Of a stretch of 64,000 bases of DNA, positions 27,983 through 39,692 are shown piece by piece. The position numbers were made by a program, and so were the translations under genes. Numbering within the stretch: the first letter of the stretch is position 1; the number at the start of each line of letters is the position of its first letter. The stretch is from Hamiltosporidium tvaerminnensis FI-OER-3-3 (lineage: Eukaryota > Fungi > Microsporidia): contig CM061248.1 of NCBI GenBank assembly GCA_022605425.2, positions 1 to 64,000 on the forward strand, read 5' to 3'. Below the pieces are notes generated by a model, which was not told where the DNA came from, ran no database searches, and worked only from the letters and a program-made list of their open reading frames with translations.

Positions 27983-28135
27983 AAATTGAAGTTTTGAAAT
28001 AAGAATTCATAAAATTGAAGTTCTGAAATAAAAATCTAGAAATTTGAAGTTTGGAATAAAAATAAAGGAATTTGAGATTTGAAAAAAACTCGGAAATTGA
28101 AGTTCTGAAATAAAAATCTAGAAATTTGAAGTATA
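27983..28135. repeat. Imperfect short tandem repeat (~27-30-bp unit, aaattgaagttctgaaataaaaatctag)
   Basis: About 5-6 degenerate copies of the ttgaagtt-containing unit. Confidence 0.7.
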
Positions 28136-28146
28136 GAAGAATGGCA

Positions 28147-28356
28147 AATATAAAATATAATACAAGAAAAATGAGATTTCAATAGAAATTTAAGGAGAAA
28201 AATAAAAAATAAACGAGAAATTAAAAATATAAAATATAATACAAGAAAAATGAGATTTCAATAGAAATTTAAGGAGAAAAATAAAAAATAAACGAGAAAT
28301 TAAAAATATAAAATATAATACAAGAAAAATGAGATTTCAATAGAAATTTAAGGAGA
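28147..28356. repeat. 79-bp tandem repeat, ~2.7 copies
   Basis: aatataaaatataatacaagaaaaatgagatttcaatagaaatttaaggaga recurs at ~28147, 28226 and 28305. Confidence 0.9.
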
Positions 28357-28446
28357 GAAAATATACGAGAAAATAGAAAAAAGAAGTAGAATTAAAGAAA
28401 GGAAATCAAAAACAAAATTACAAAAAATTATTAAATAAAAATCACT

Positions 28447-28881
28447 TTATCGATAAGACTTCTGATACCTTGCACGTGCACCTGGACCACCAAACTTCTT
28501 AGCTTCTGCCCTTCTAGGATCGGTAATTAAAGAATATCGATCAAATGCCAACAACTTATTTTTAATTTCTTGTTTGATATATTCATCAAAATACTTACCA
28601 TAATACGCAATAATACTCTTGGCAAATGCTTGTCTAACTGCATATATAGAAGATGTATTACCACCACCACGTACACTTATATCAAATCCTAAGTTTGACA
28701 ATACATCAGTACCAACCACATTTATTACTTCTTTCATTTTATATAGCATTAATTTGTCTTGAAATATATTTAATGGTACTTTATTTATTCTTATAAATGG
28801 TTCTGATACTTCAGTACAAATAGAAGTTGCTTTTGCTGTTTTTTTAGATCCCAACGCGATTGCTTCTTTTATATTTGACAT
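28447..28881 (-). CDS. RPS16: 40S ribosomal protein S16 (uS9)
   Basis: GSKKTAKA, VRGGG...YAVRQA, C-terminal DPRRAEAKKFGGPGARARYQKSYR. Confidence 0.98.
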   Translation of the reverse strand: MSNIKEAIALGSKKTAKATSICTEVSEPFIRINKVPLNIFQDKLMLYKMKEVINVVGTDVLSNLGFDISVRGGGNTSSIYAVRQAFAKSIIAYYGKYFDEYIKQEIKNKLLAFDRYSLITDPRRAEAKKFGGPGARARYQKSYR

Positions 28882-29442
28882 TTAGGGTTTTATTTTTTAT
28901 TTTATTTTAAAGAAAAATAAATTTTAAAATATTTATAAATGTGAAATAATAGATCCTCAACAGTGAGAGGTAAAAGAGAATTGAATAAGAAGTATTATAA
29001 TAAGGAATTGTTTAAAAGAGATTTAAGGGTTATTTATAATAGATAATAATTATTTTTTACTTTAATTATATTTCTTACTTTAATTATATTTCTGAATATT
29101 AATAGTTCTCGTTACCTATGAATTTATTATTTTTTCTGCTATAAATTTATTATAAATATTTTATGAATCTATTATTGTTTCTTTTAAATCTGTTATTGTT
29201 TCTTTTATAAAATTTATTATAAATCTATTATTGTTTCTTTTATAAATCTGTTATAGATCTACAATGAATCTTAGATAACCCTATTATATAATCTACCATG
29301 AAATTCTTTATAAAATCTTAATAAAATTTTTTTTTCTTTGGATTTTATTTTAAATAAAAATAGTTCTCTTAAGTTTCTCAAATCCTCTTTTTTTTCTGTT
29401 AAATAATTTTTCAAATAAAAATTTTTTTTTTGCCCTAAAAAA
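28882..29442. promoter_or_regulatory. Divergent promoter region of RPS16/RPL13 with CCC and AAATTT motifs next to both start codons
   Basis: Minus strand AAACCCTAA-ATG (28890-28879); plus strand AAATTT (29419-29424)...GCCCTAAAAAA-ATG (29432-29445). CCC-like and AAATTT-like signals near start codons are established for microsporidia. Confidence 0.7.
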
Positions 29443-29931
29443 ATGAGAAGAAATAATGCTTTGGTAAGCAACCACTTTAAAAAAAGTTCTTTGATTTTTA
29501 AGAATTGGTTTGATAAAAATGCAAATAAAGAACGAAGAAGAGAAAGAAGAATAAAGAAAGCTAAAATGATATATCCAATGCCATTGAACAAGTTAAAGCC
29601 AGTAGTACGATGTCGTTCAGCAAGATATAACTGGAAAGAAAGATATGGTAAAGGTTTTACTTTTGAGGAGTGTAAATCTGCTGGGTTGGATTACAGATAT
29701 GCTAGAACGATTGGAATTTCTGTTGATTCTCGTAGAAGAAATACCAGTAAAGAAGCTTTTGATCAGAATGTTTTAAGAATTAAAGAATATCTTTCTAAGA
29801 TAGTTATTTATAAGGATAGGAAAGAGGCAGTTAAAAGTAAGGTTGAACAATATAAAGGTGTTTTACTTCCTATTAGGAATGAACCGAAGAAGATTGAATC
29901 TATTTCTGTCGAAGAAATATTAAATTATTGA
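29443..29931 (+). CDS. RPL13: 60S ribosomal protein L13 (eL13), C-terminally shortened
   Basis: NHFKK...WFD, LKPVVRC..RYN, GKGFTFEE, ARTIGISVDSRRRN, NVLRIKEYLSK. Confidence 0.97.
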   Translation: MRRNNALVSNHFKKSSLIFKNWFDKNANKERRRERRIKKAKMIYPMPLNKLKPVVRCRSARYNWKERYGKGFTFEECKSAGLDYRYARTIGISVDSRRRNTSKEAFDQNVLRIKEYLSKIVIYKDRKEAVKSKVEQYKGVLLPIRNEPKKIESISVEEILNY

Positions 29932-31422
29932 GATTTTTATTCCTTTTTAATATTTTCATTTCTTTCTGTTGTTTTTATTATTTTTTATTAATTTTTAATA
30001 TTTTTATTTTTTTCTGATATTTTTATTTCCTATCTTTCATTTACATTGTTTATATTTCTTTCTATTACTTTTCGTTATTTTTATTTCTTTTAATATTTCC
30101 ATTGTTTTTAATATTTCTATTATTTTCCATTGTTATTTTATATTATTTCTATTATTTCTATTTTGTATGTAAATCGAGGTATTTAATTTGAAAATTAAAA
30201 GTTCAAAAAAAAATTTATATTTAGCGTTTTCTTAGCCATAAATAAATTTAATTGATGTGACAGATGGAAGTTTATAGTAAATAAAGATAGGGCTCTTAAT
30301 TAGCTGTAATACCATTGAGTAAGTAAGTAAATTTAATTTCTTTTTAACTCAAAGTTTAAAGAGGAATTCTAAAAGCAAATATCATTTATTTTTGTTACAT
30401 ATTTAATACCTTATATTTGCCTTAATAATTCATTATTTTTGATTCCTACTTTCAATTTGAATAATTAGCTTAAGCTTATCTATTTAACAAATATATAATT
30501 TTATGTTTCACTGTGAGGCCGCGTATAGAAGCATATTATGGTTTTTTATTAGTATTTCGTTTATTGTTATTCTTTTAGAAATATTATCATTTTATTTATA
30601 ATTTATTGTTTTAAAAGTTTGCCAGATTTTTTCCGAATGCTTTAAATTGAATGCATGTATATATTCTGACTTAGAATTGTAAACTCAATAACAATATTAT
30701 GGTTTTATCACATAAGGAATTATTTCAACGCTACATTTATAAATAAGACTCAACTCATTTGCTAACAAGCAGTATAACTTGGTTTTTCAGTTTCAAAAAT
30801 ATAATATCTTGTATTCTATTAGCATTGTCTTGTTTAATCTCTTATCTAAGATAAACTCACAATATTTTATTTTTATGTCAAATAATAAATCAATAAAATT
30901 TTTGAAAGAATTCTATGAACTGAATTATTTGTTAATTTTTAGATTGTCTTAAGATTTTATTAAATAAGCAAAAATATTATAAAACCTGGTAATATATAAT
31001 AGTTATACAGTATAGTCATGTCCAAGCATTTTTTCACATTGAGTTGCTAAATGTTCTATTGAGTTAAAATATTAAGAAATTGAATTTCTTCTATTAGTCT
31101 AGATTAAAGTTTTGGGTAGAAAAATATTAAAAAATATCAAATCAATTACATTGTTTAGAATTTAGATTATTAAGAAATTGGATTGTTTAGAAATTAAGAT
31201 GTTTAGAAATTAAAAAAGATGATAATTTCATACAAAAATAATTCATACAAATTTATGAACAATTATATGAAATTATACAAAATTTCTATATTTTTTTGAC
31301 AAATTTATATATTTTTTTTATAAAAAAACCTGGTAAACAATGAATACTGATAAATAAAAATTTCTAAGGTTTAAAATAAACAAACAAATTTATTTTAAAA
31401 AAACAAGATAAACAAATAAAGA

Positions 31423-32499
31423 ATGGAAGAAGGATTAAGACATAACCACAAACTAATATACAATATTTTATTAGGAATAACCAAAGCAAAAATGCGATCT
31501 TTAGAAAATGTACTTGAATCGGAATTAGAAGAAAAAGATATTAAATATTCAGATTTCATTTTAAAGAGTTATTCACCTAAAATTTTTAATTCTATTCGGC
31601 AAATTACAGGCAGTGAATATGAAAATATAGAATCTGAAATAAGTACAGATTATATACTTTCTAGTGAATTTGATAAGAAAAAGGACAAAATGATATTTTA
31701 CAGTCAAAATTTTAAATTTGTTATTAAAATTATTTCAAAAATAGAAAAGAATATTTTAATGTGTATCTTACCAGAATATTGCGTCTTTTTATCTGAAAAT
31801 ACAAGTTCTTTAATTACTCGGTATTTTGGTTGTTATAGAATTAAGGTTGGTGGGTTTTCTCCGGTATATTTTGTTATAATGAATAATATTTTACCTCCGA
31901 ATAGAAGACCAGTAGATATATATGATTTGAAAGGTTCTGAACATGGAAGAAAAGGCAATAAAACAGACATGTTTAGTGTTTTAAAAGATATTGATTGGTG
32001 TAAAAACAAAACCAAACTATTTCTAAGTCATAAACGAATGAATTTTATTTCTCAATTAAAAAGAGACACAGAATTTCTTAGAGACCATAAAATTATGGAT
32101 TACAGTTTGTTTATAGCTATCGCTACAAATGGAACATTAGACTGTTCAATAGAACAAAATGAATTAAATTCTAATATTTGTGTAAAAAGTAAAGATGAAG
32201 ATGAGTTTGAAATATTACCATTTAGATTTCCTATAACAAATGAATTTAATAGTAGTAACAGTATATTCTCTAAAGAATATGGCGGATATTCCTCTGATAA
32301 TAATTCTACGGCTTTTAAAGAAATCTATTATATCGGTATAATTGATATTCTAACTCCTTGGTCTTGGAAAAAAATGATAGAAAATTTTTTCTATAAATTT
32401 TTTTGTATGAAAAATTTTTCTTGTGTTGAACCTAAAGTTTATAGGAAAAGAATGTTGAAGTTTGTTAAAGAACATCTATTTTATAATAAGATTAATTAA
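31423..32499 (+). CDS. Phosphatidylinositol-4-phosphate 5-kinase (PIP5K, Mss4-like), minimal catalytic domain
   Basis: KSYSPKIF..IR, FVIK, LITRYFG, FVIMNNI, YDLKGS, LKDID, KIMDYSL, YYIGIIDIL. Glu is present in the activation loop (KKMIEN), as in type I enzymes. Confidence 0.92.
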   Translation: MEEGLRHNHKLIYNILLGITKAKMRSLENVLESELEEKDIKYSDFILKSYSPKIFNSIRQITGSEYENIESEISTDYILSSEFDKKKDKMIFYSQNFKFVIKIISKIEKNILMCILPEYCVFLSENTSSLITRYFGCYRIKVGGFSPVYFVIMNNILPPNRRPVDIYDLKGSEHGRKGNKTDMFSVLKDIDWCKNKTKLFLSHKRMNFISQLKRDTEFLRDHKIMDYSLFIAIATNGTLDCSIEQNELNSNICVKSKDEDEFEILPFRFPITNEFNSSNSIFSKEYGGYSSDNNSTAFKEIYYIGIIDILTPWSWKKMIENFFYKFFCMKNFSCVEPKVYRKRMLKFVKEHLFYNKIN

Positions 32500-34305
32500 A
32501 ATGGTGTTTGATGTTGGTTTTCTATTTTGTTCAATATATTGAATGATCTCTGATTAAGTCATTTCGTTTAAATTTTTATTTGTTTTTATATTTTATTGGT
32601 TCTCTGTAATTTTTTAATCTTCAAATTTAATTTTATTTATACTTATACAATGTATCTTGTTATGTTATACTTGTCTGTAGTCGAGAATTAGAAATTATTT
32701 ACTTTTTATTCTTTTTATTGTCTAAAATATTCCTTTTTTAGATTTTTTAATAAAAAAAATTGGTTAAAACAGATTTTATTTGAGAAGATTGTGTAGGTTA
32801 TTTCTTGGAGATTAAATTTATGATAAAATTTATTTTTCTTGAAGTAAATCCGGATTTTTCTTACCTAAAAGTATATCACATATAGATATTATTTAAATTA
32901 AAAAGCATAATTTTGTGATTAAATGTCTTTAAACTGTTTTTGGAACGAAATATTTAATATATTAATTAATCTAAAACATCAATCTATATTATATAATTTT
33001 CAGTTATTTTTCTTAATTTAAAGCAATCTAATAGCATCGAGTCATATTTTATACTGTATGAATTTACAGTAATTGATCTTTTTAGCTTCTATTTATCAAA
33101 ATAACGGTTATCTAATTTGGATTCTAACTTTGTAAGTTTCAGCCACAATGTTCCAAATTTTTTGAGAATTAAACTTTGGTCATAAAGTAAACTATGATAT
33201 TAACGGATAATTACTATATAATTTTGAACAAATAAAAATTAGAAGTGTTAAACATATTTTAAAAAATAAAAAAGATCTGTGATTTACTTAGATTTTTTCT
33301 GTCAAATAAATTATTATCGTATCTGTATAATTTGATTCAATAATATTTTAGAATTCAGATTTATTTCAGCGTTTAATATTTTTTTTTTAAATACTTCGGT
33401 TTTATTATATTTCATTTAAGTTAGGCCATGATACAGAGCAAATATTTATATTCATGCATATATTTTTAATATCTATATTTACAGGACAAAATATACCAGC
33501 ATTCATATAAATGTTTTTTTTTGAAAATTGGTACACAGATTCGAGTATAAAAAGTAGTTAATGGTGGTATTGTATGAAAGACTAAGAATAAAACCTTATG
33601 TTTTAACACTAATATTTATTACAAATAAATAAAAAAGAATTTCTTTTTTTTATCATGTTTATATGACTTCGTTTTGGTTTTGTTTCGCTGTATAAGAAAA
33701 ATTAATGTGTTTTAGGTTAATTTATTTTACGATCCTATTATAGACTTTTTTGTGCTGTATTTTTGGTATCTGCACTGTTAAATCGTATTTTTACTTGTAA
33801 AACTTTATTCTTACAGGTCAGTTTTTTACACACACAATGAAATTTTAATAGTAATTTGCCTAAAAATAATCGATCCGTATTCTAAGGGTTTCCTTTATCG
33901 ATTTCGGAAAATTAACTTTTTTCGCATCTAAATTAATGCTCTACAAACTATGGTCCGCGGCTGCTATCTCGACATTATTTAAAGCTGGTTAGTTCCGATT
34001 TATTTCTAGTGTAAGTAATTTTTTAAATTAGTAAAAAAAATTTAGAAAATATTTACAGACAAAAATTGCATTTATAGATATATTTATTAAGAACTTGTAG
34101 TTACAGGAGAATTTACTCTTTTACGGAACTTAGTTTAATACTATTCATATTTTTATTATTTTATTCTAAAAATTGAAAACGAAATGACTAAAAACCAGTA
34201 GCATAATTTATTATTAATGAGATTGCTGTAGAGGATATCTGTAATTAATTAGTTATTGAAATTATAGTAAAATTTACTTTCTATTTCAGTTTTCTTATAT
34301 TTCTA

Positions 34306-34494
34306 AGTGTCGAGGATGAGTAATTGGAAGTTACCAATTGATTTTTTTGATCCTTTGAAACTCATGAATATAGGGAGTTTTCCTACAAGACAAGTGTAGT
34401 TTATATCTCACCAGAATGTTGACAATGATTTTCGCAAAAATTATACACACTGATTGCCAAGCAGTTAGTTTTTAATGTCGTTATCCTTCTTCCA
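34306..34494 (-). repeat. Dispersed repeat, short ~190-bp form (copy D)
   Basis: Right part matches the head of the long repeat (acacactgattgccaagcag...ttatcc). Left end AGTGTCGAGGAT is shared with 47792. Confidence 0.75.
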
Positions 34495-35503
34495 AATATT
34501 AATTAAATTTATTAGTAGAAATGATCGATAATGACCTTAAATATTTATAAGTTGATTCATCTGTAAATATGTTTTTAGCATTCAATTTTTAAAAAATACT
34601 TTTTCAAGCACTTGAATAGTAATTAAAAAAAAAATTAAACCATGAATAAATTGCTAAAAGTTAATTAATCATGTGAAAGGATAACTTTTATAAAACTCCT
34701 TAGATATTTTCAATATTTTTCATCAAAAAATATTTTTAAAAACATTTCTATTTTTTTTTTTGAAATCTGCATAAACTTTAATATTTTATCATAAAATATT
34801 AATAATAAGCATTAAAGAAATACTTTTCATTTGTTAATTTCATAGCCAAAGTGTTTTTTGCTTTGATACTTTTAATAGAAGCCAGTATAGCTCGCGGACT
34901 AAAATGAATGGCGCTGTTTGTTCTATATTGTTATAAAATCCTTTCTTATAGTTTTGTATTTCTGATATCGTTTTTATAATAGCTTTCTGAGTTAAGATAT
35001 CTCGTTTTTTAGAAGATTAAAAAATAAAAATACTATTGTATTTTTAAATATTTATTTCTTGTTTATAATAGGAAGTATTTTTTCTGAGATATGTCATTTA
35101 TATTTTTAAATATAACTAGTCTCTGTCTTTCTACTGTTTTTTTTTGCTAAACATAAGCCTATCACGTTAAAGATTTAGTTCCATTGCAAAAACATAAACA
35201 AATCTTCTAAATATATCGTCTTTTTCTAAAAAATTAATATTTATTTCTTAAACTCAAGAATAGATGAAAAATTTTGGCATATGTGTTACCACGATATTTT
35301 TTTTTGAAATACCATTCAAAGAAGCTCATAGAATAAGAGAATTGAAATCCTAAATTAAATATTTTATGAAATAGTATAGTACTGACTGTTTTATCTTCCA
35401 TATGCGAAATAGGTATAAAAGCTTTATTTTTTTGAGTGGGATTGATTATTAGGAACAAAATTTAAAGAGTAAATAGAAGAATATCACAATATTATTGCAT
35501 TAT

Positions 35504-36165
35504 ACACCAGGATAAAAACCGATGTCAAGATTCGGTATAATAGACTTCATATATGTTATTTTGGTTGGGAGAAAAAATAAGATACCACTCATTTAAGTAG
35601 GAATTACTTCCCAAGAGTCACTTCAAACAGTTAAAACGGAGAAACTTAAGAAGTATGACCTGCTATCTTTAAGATTTAGACCTGTTTTATATGTGCAGTA
35701 TTGAAATAATTTCGTATGTGATGACTTGAAATGGTATTGTGACAAAATGCCATAAGTTACACTTAAAAAGACTGCGAATACCCCAAAATGTAGAGACATA
35801 CATTTAGTCCAAAGTGCTTTAGCAAACAGCCGAAACAATTTCTTTTGATCAACGAAGAGGACTTGATTCAGGACCAAATGCCGACGAGAGCTGAGAGAGA
35901 GCAATAGGTGTTGTTATGAAAGCAGAGAGGCATGAGGAACTAACACACCCCTTAAAACAAGCCAGCAACGACGAAGATGATGTTTAAATTTTAAGAGCAA
36001 AAAATAATACATCCTTTATTGCAAAAGGCGGAACCACATTAGAGGAACCGACAAATAATATCAATGAAGAGCCGGATTTGGAAGAAGAAACGGTAGTGTG
36101 AAAAGAGAAGGAAAAAAATGCATAAGAATTGTAAAACATTTTAACCCAGAAATTTATTCAATAAA
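35504..36165 (+). mobile_element. 5'-truncated, degraded copy of the non-LTR retrotransposon at 56069-59876 (endonuclease C-terminus plus 3' end)
   Basis: Collinear similarity to the reverse complement of ~56069-56730 (acaccag...aagtaggaat.acttcccaaga, aagtatgacctgcta, gaggaaccgac.aataa, ttttaacccagaa.tttatt.aataaa). Confidence 0.92.
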
Positions 36166-38024
36166 ATTTATTCTTTTATAACATAAAGAATTAAAACTAC
36201 GATTCATTCTAAGAAATCATAAGGGATGCCAATCTGGCTGATTGATTAGCCAACTTGACCTCCCTTAACATATATCTGTGGGTCAGACTATTAAATTTGT
36301 AAATTTGAAAAAAAATATTTCTTGTGGTTTAAAATCCATTCTGGAATATTATATTACAAACAATTTCCAAAAAAAATCTCGTTATAATTTCGGATAGATT
36401 AAGAAAATTTAACGAAAAGATATTTTTAATGTAATTACATATAAAAACCTTTAAGCTTCGTCTATACAAATAATTGCTTTTATAATTTCTGTTGTTTTGA
36501 ATGGTTTTTATTTTTATAGCGACGTTAATATTACTTAATTTTTTTCCTAAACTGATTAATCATCTGATATATCTAAATATAGAATGCACGGAATGTATAA
36601 GTTAAGCAATATATATTCAAATTTTTGTCATTTGGTATTTAGATGGAATTTGATTTTTTTCATATGTCCTAAAATTTAAAAAGCTCAAAAAGTAACGGTG
36701 ATTTTTTATATTCTGTCTGATTTTTTCTTTTAATTTCGATACAAAGAGTATGTAACAGACTGTCTTTCTGCTCACTTTCGATTGTTTGTGTGCTATATTT
36801 TTGCAAATAAAAATATATTATATGATATTCAGAGAGGTCGTTAAATAACATGATTGAGGGTAATTTATAGATAAAAATTCATTTACGAATCTATGAATAC
36901 AATTCTATATAATTGGTTTCTAATTAGCCTATAAATTTTAAAAGAGTAAAAACTATATGTCAGCCGAATATCATTCACATGGTATTTGAGATATTTATTA
37001 GATACTTTCATTTAAAAAAAAAATATTTGACAAACTACACCAAACACTGTTAAATATTTACTCTATTTTATTGAGTCTTGGGTTCGGTTTTCTTCTAAGA
37101 TATTTTTTAAAGAAAAAAACCTCATAATTTGTCATTTTTTTATTTCAAAATTATTTAGTAAAAATTGATGCGGTATTTAGACTAGTTCTGTCTAAAACCT
37201 ACTATAATATATTATTTTCTAATATACTAATCTTTGGTTTGAATTTACTTTTTTTGATTTACGTATTTCATAATGCATTATACAATCTTTTTTGCTAAAC
37301 ACAACTTTTTTAGTGATTTTATAGCTAAGAATTGTGACCTTTCTAAAAATATAATTAAGATTAAGAAATTTATTATTTTTAGCATTATATACCTTTGAAT
37401 GTAATCTTTGTCCTTCAGTTTTTTTATCCATCTTCTAAAATTTCATCCTACATTTATTTTTATCTTAATCTGAACCACATTAGCCTTTTAAAAGTCAAGG
37501 ATAGATTTTAGTATATTTTTAGACTTTCATAATGGTAGTATTTATTAGTTTGTTTTTTACTATCAAGAATTGTGCATGTCTACATTAATAGTAATCGTTT
37601 TACATTTACAATAGTTCTTATACACTAAAATTTTAAAATATACGAATATGCAATTTAAATTATTATTTTTAAGTATAATTTTAAAAATCTGTTTTTTAAA
37701 GAAGCTTTTGTATTTGTTAAAGCTTTGTTCATTTTCCCACGTAAAAACAGTTTTCGATTTCTATATTGACTGAGCCAAGATTACATATTTGCTTGAAAAA
37801 TAAACGAACGTAAAGAATATGTGGAATGTAAATGAAGGAATAATATACCTACAAGTACAAATCTCAGCCTGTTTATATCTGGGGTCAGGGAGTGCACTGG
37901 AGAACAGTTTAACACTTATATTTCTTTATTATTAATTTTGAGAACAAATTATATAAACTTTAAACTTAAAACATTTTTTAATAAAATAATTTTTATTCCC
38001 TTAGAAAAAATTATTTAACCCTCT

Positions 38025-38744
38025 TTATGTAAAAAAACCCCATATTTTTAAAAAACAATGGAAAGTTCTATTTTTGATTTAATGGCATTAACGCGGTTCT
38101 AAGTTTAACATAAATAACTATTCTTTAACACTCCATCGGTACCTCTATGATACCTACGTCGAAAACCCTTTCATTTACTATGTCTGTAAAACCCAATTAA
38201 TAAGCAGGTGATTGCCCAACTTTGTTGATTTCCGTTGTATGGAATTTGATAGAAAACCTAAGCCCAGCCTGTGCTCCACCAAGCCTATGCAGCATTTCCA
38301 CTTACTCTACACTTCCTGAACCAAATAAACTTCTAGCCAAGATACATCTTGAAGACTTACTTGGTTTTCTTAGACATTCTAGTGTCATGCCCACTGGTAT
38401 AATCTGCTACTTAGCTTTCCTATGATTAAAGAGTTTTAATTTTATATCTTCCAGAAATCGAGTTTTCTAACTCTATAATCAAGGCTAGGTCTCCATGCTT
38501 TTACATGTCAATTACCTCCGATTCCATAGTGTTTACAGTTTAGTCACATAATAAAATACAAAATACATTTAGTGATAAAGTTTCGGCATTTCTATAGACC
38601 TTATAGTTTTCATACAAATACCATGAACAATTTAGAATACAGTGCGGTTTTATTTCTACCTGAAATTCAAACAATGATCCTCACATCAGTTCCACACACT
38701 CACCCTCAAGTAAATAGTTTTTAGGAGTTATTCTCCCTCCACCC
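38025..38744 (-). repeat. Dispersed ~720-bp non-coding repeat, long form (copy C)
   Basis: Shares with copy B: tggcattaac, actccat, cttctagc.aagata, ctacttagct, ccatgctt, aaattcaaacaatgatcctcacat.agtt.cacacactca. Confidence 0.9.
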
Positions 38745-38849
38745 TTATTTTTAAAATTAATAAGTATTTTTTTACCATTAAAAGCATATAATAAAACCGA
38801 AATTATTCAAATTTAAGCATTTCCGATTGCAAAAAATGTTTAAAAATAT

Positions 38850-39490
38850 AATTTTATATTTTTTTCCTTCAAAAATAGATTATTAAACCAATTTCATTAT
38901 TTAAGGATATTAAAGTTATAATTTCAAATATGTTTCCTTCAAAAATAGATTATTAAATTATTATTGGCAAAAAGATATTAAAGTTATAATTTCAAATATG
39001 TTTCCTTCAAAAATAGATTATTAAACCAATTTCATTATTTAAGGATATTAAAGTTATAATTTCAAATATGTTTCCTTCAAAAATAGATTATTAAATTATT
39101 ATTGGCAAAAAGATATTAAAGTTATAATTTCAAATATGTTTCCTTCAAAAATAGATTATTAAATTATTATTGGCAAAAAGATATTAAAGTTATAATTTCA
39201 AATATGTTTCCTTCAAAAATAGATTATTAAATTATTATTGGCAAAAAGATATTAAAGTTATAATTTCAAATATGTTTCCTTCAAAAATAAATTATTAGAT
39301 TATTATTGGCAAAAATATATTAAAGTTATAATTTCAAATATGTTTCCTTCAAAAATAGATTATTAAATTATTATTGGCAAAAAGATATTAAAGTAATAAT
39401 TTTATATAAATTTCCTTCAAAAATAAATTATTAGATTATTATTGGCAAAAATATATTAAAGTTATAATTTTATATGAATTTTCTTCAACA
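38850..39490. repeat. Minisatellite, 68/70-bp unit, ~9 copies
   Basis: ttccttcaaaaata recurs at 38864, 38934, 39002, 39072, 39140, 39208, 39276, 39344 and 39412. Confidence 0.95.
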
Positions 39491-39692
39491 AATAAGCCTA
39501 AAAATCATTTTTCTTTCCAAAAGATGATTAATATGCAATTTGCTTCTTTTTTTAATAATTACCAAACTTATTATCTGAACATTTATAGACACACCAACTA
39601 ACTATCTAAAAATAAAATATTTAAGGAAATTAAAAATTTTTTTACTATTAAATAATTTAAATAAAATATTAAATTTTTAGAACATAAAAGAT

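Noticed and set aside
33880-34031. FIDFG kinase-like peptide and a GTAAGT...TTAG 21-nt intron-like string
   Set aside because: No surrounding ORF can be assembled from these pieces.
38560-38700. Hammerhead ribozyme in the long repeat (CTGATG...CGAAAC on minus)
   Set aside because: The CUGAUGA core is incomplete and not conserved in copies A and B, and the stems could not be built.
38850-39490. CRISPR-like array (constant block with variable segment)
   Set aside because: The variable segments are just two recurring variants rather than unique spacers, the context is eukaryotic, and there are no cas genes. It is a minisatellite.
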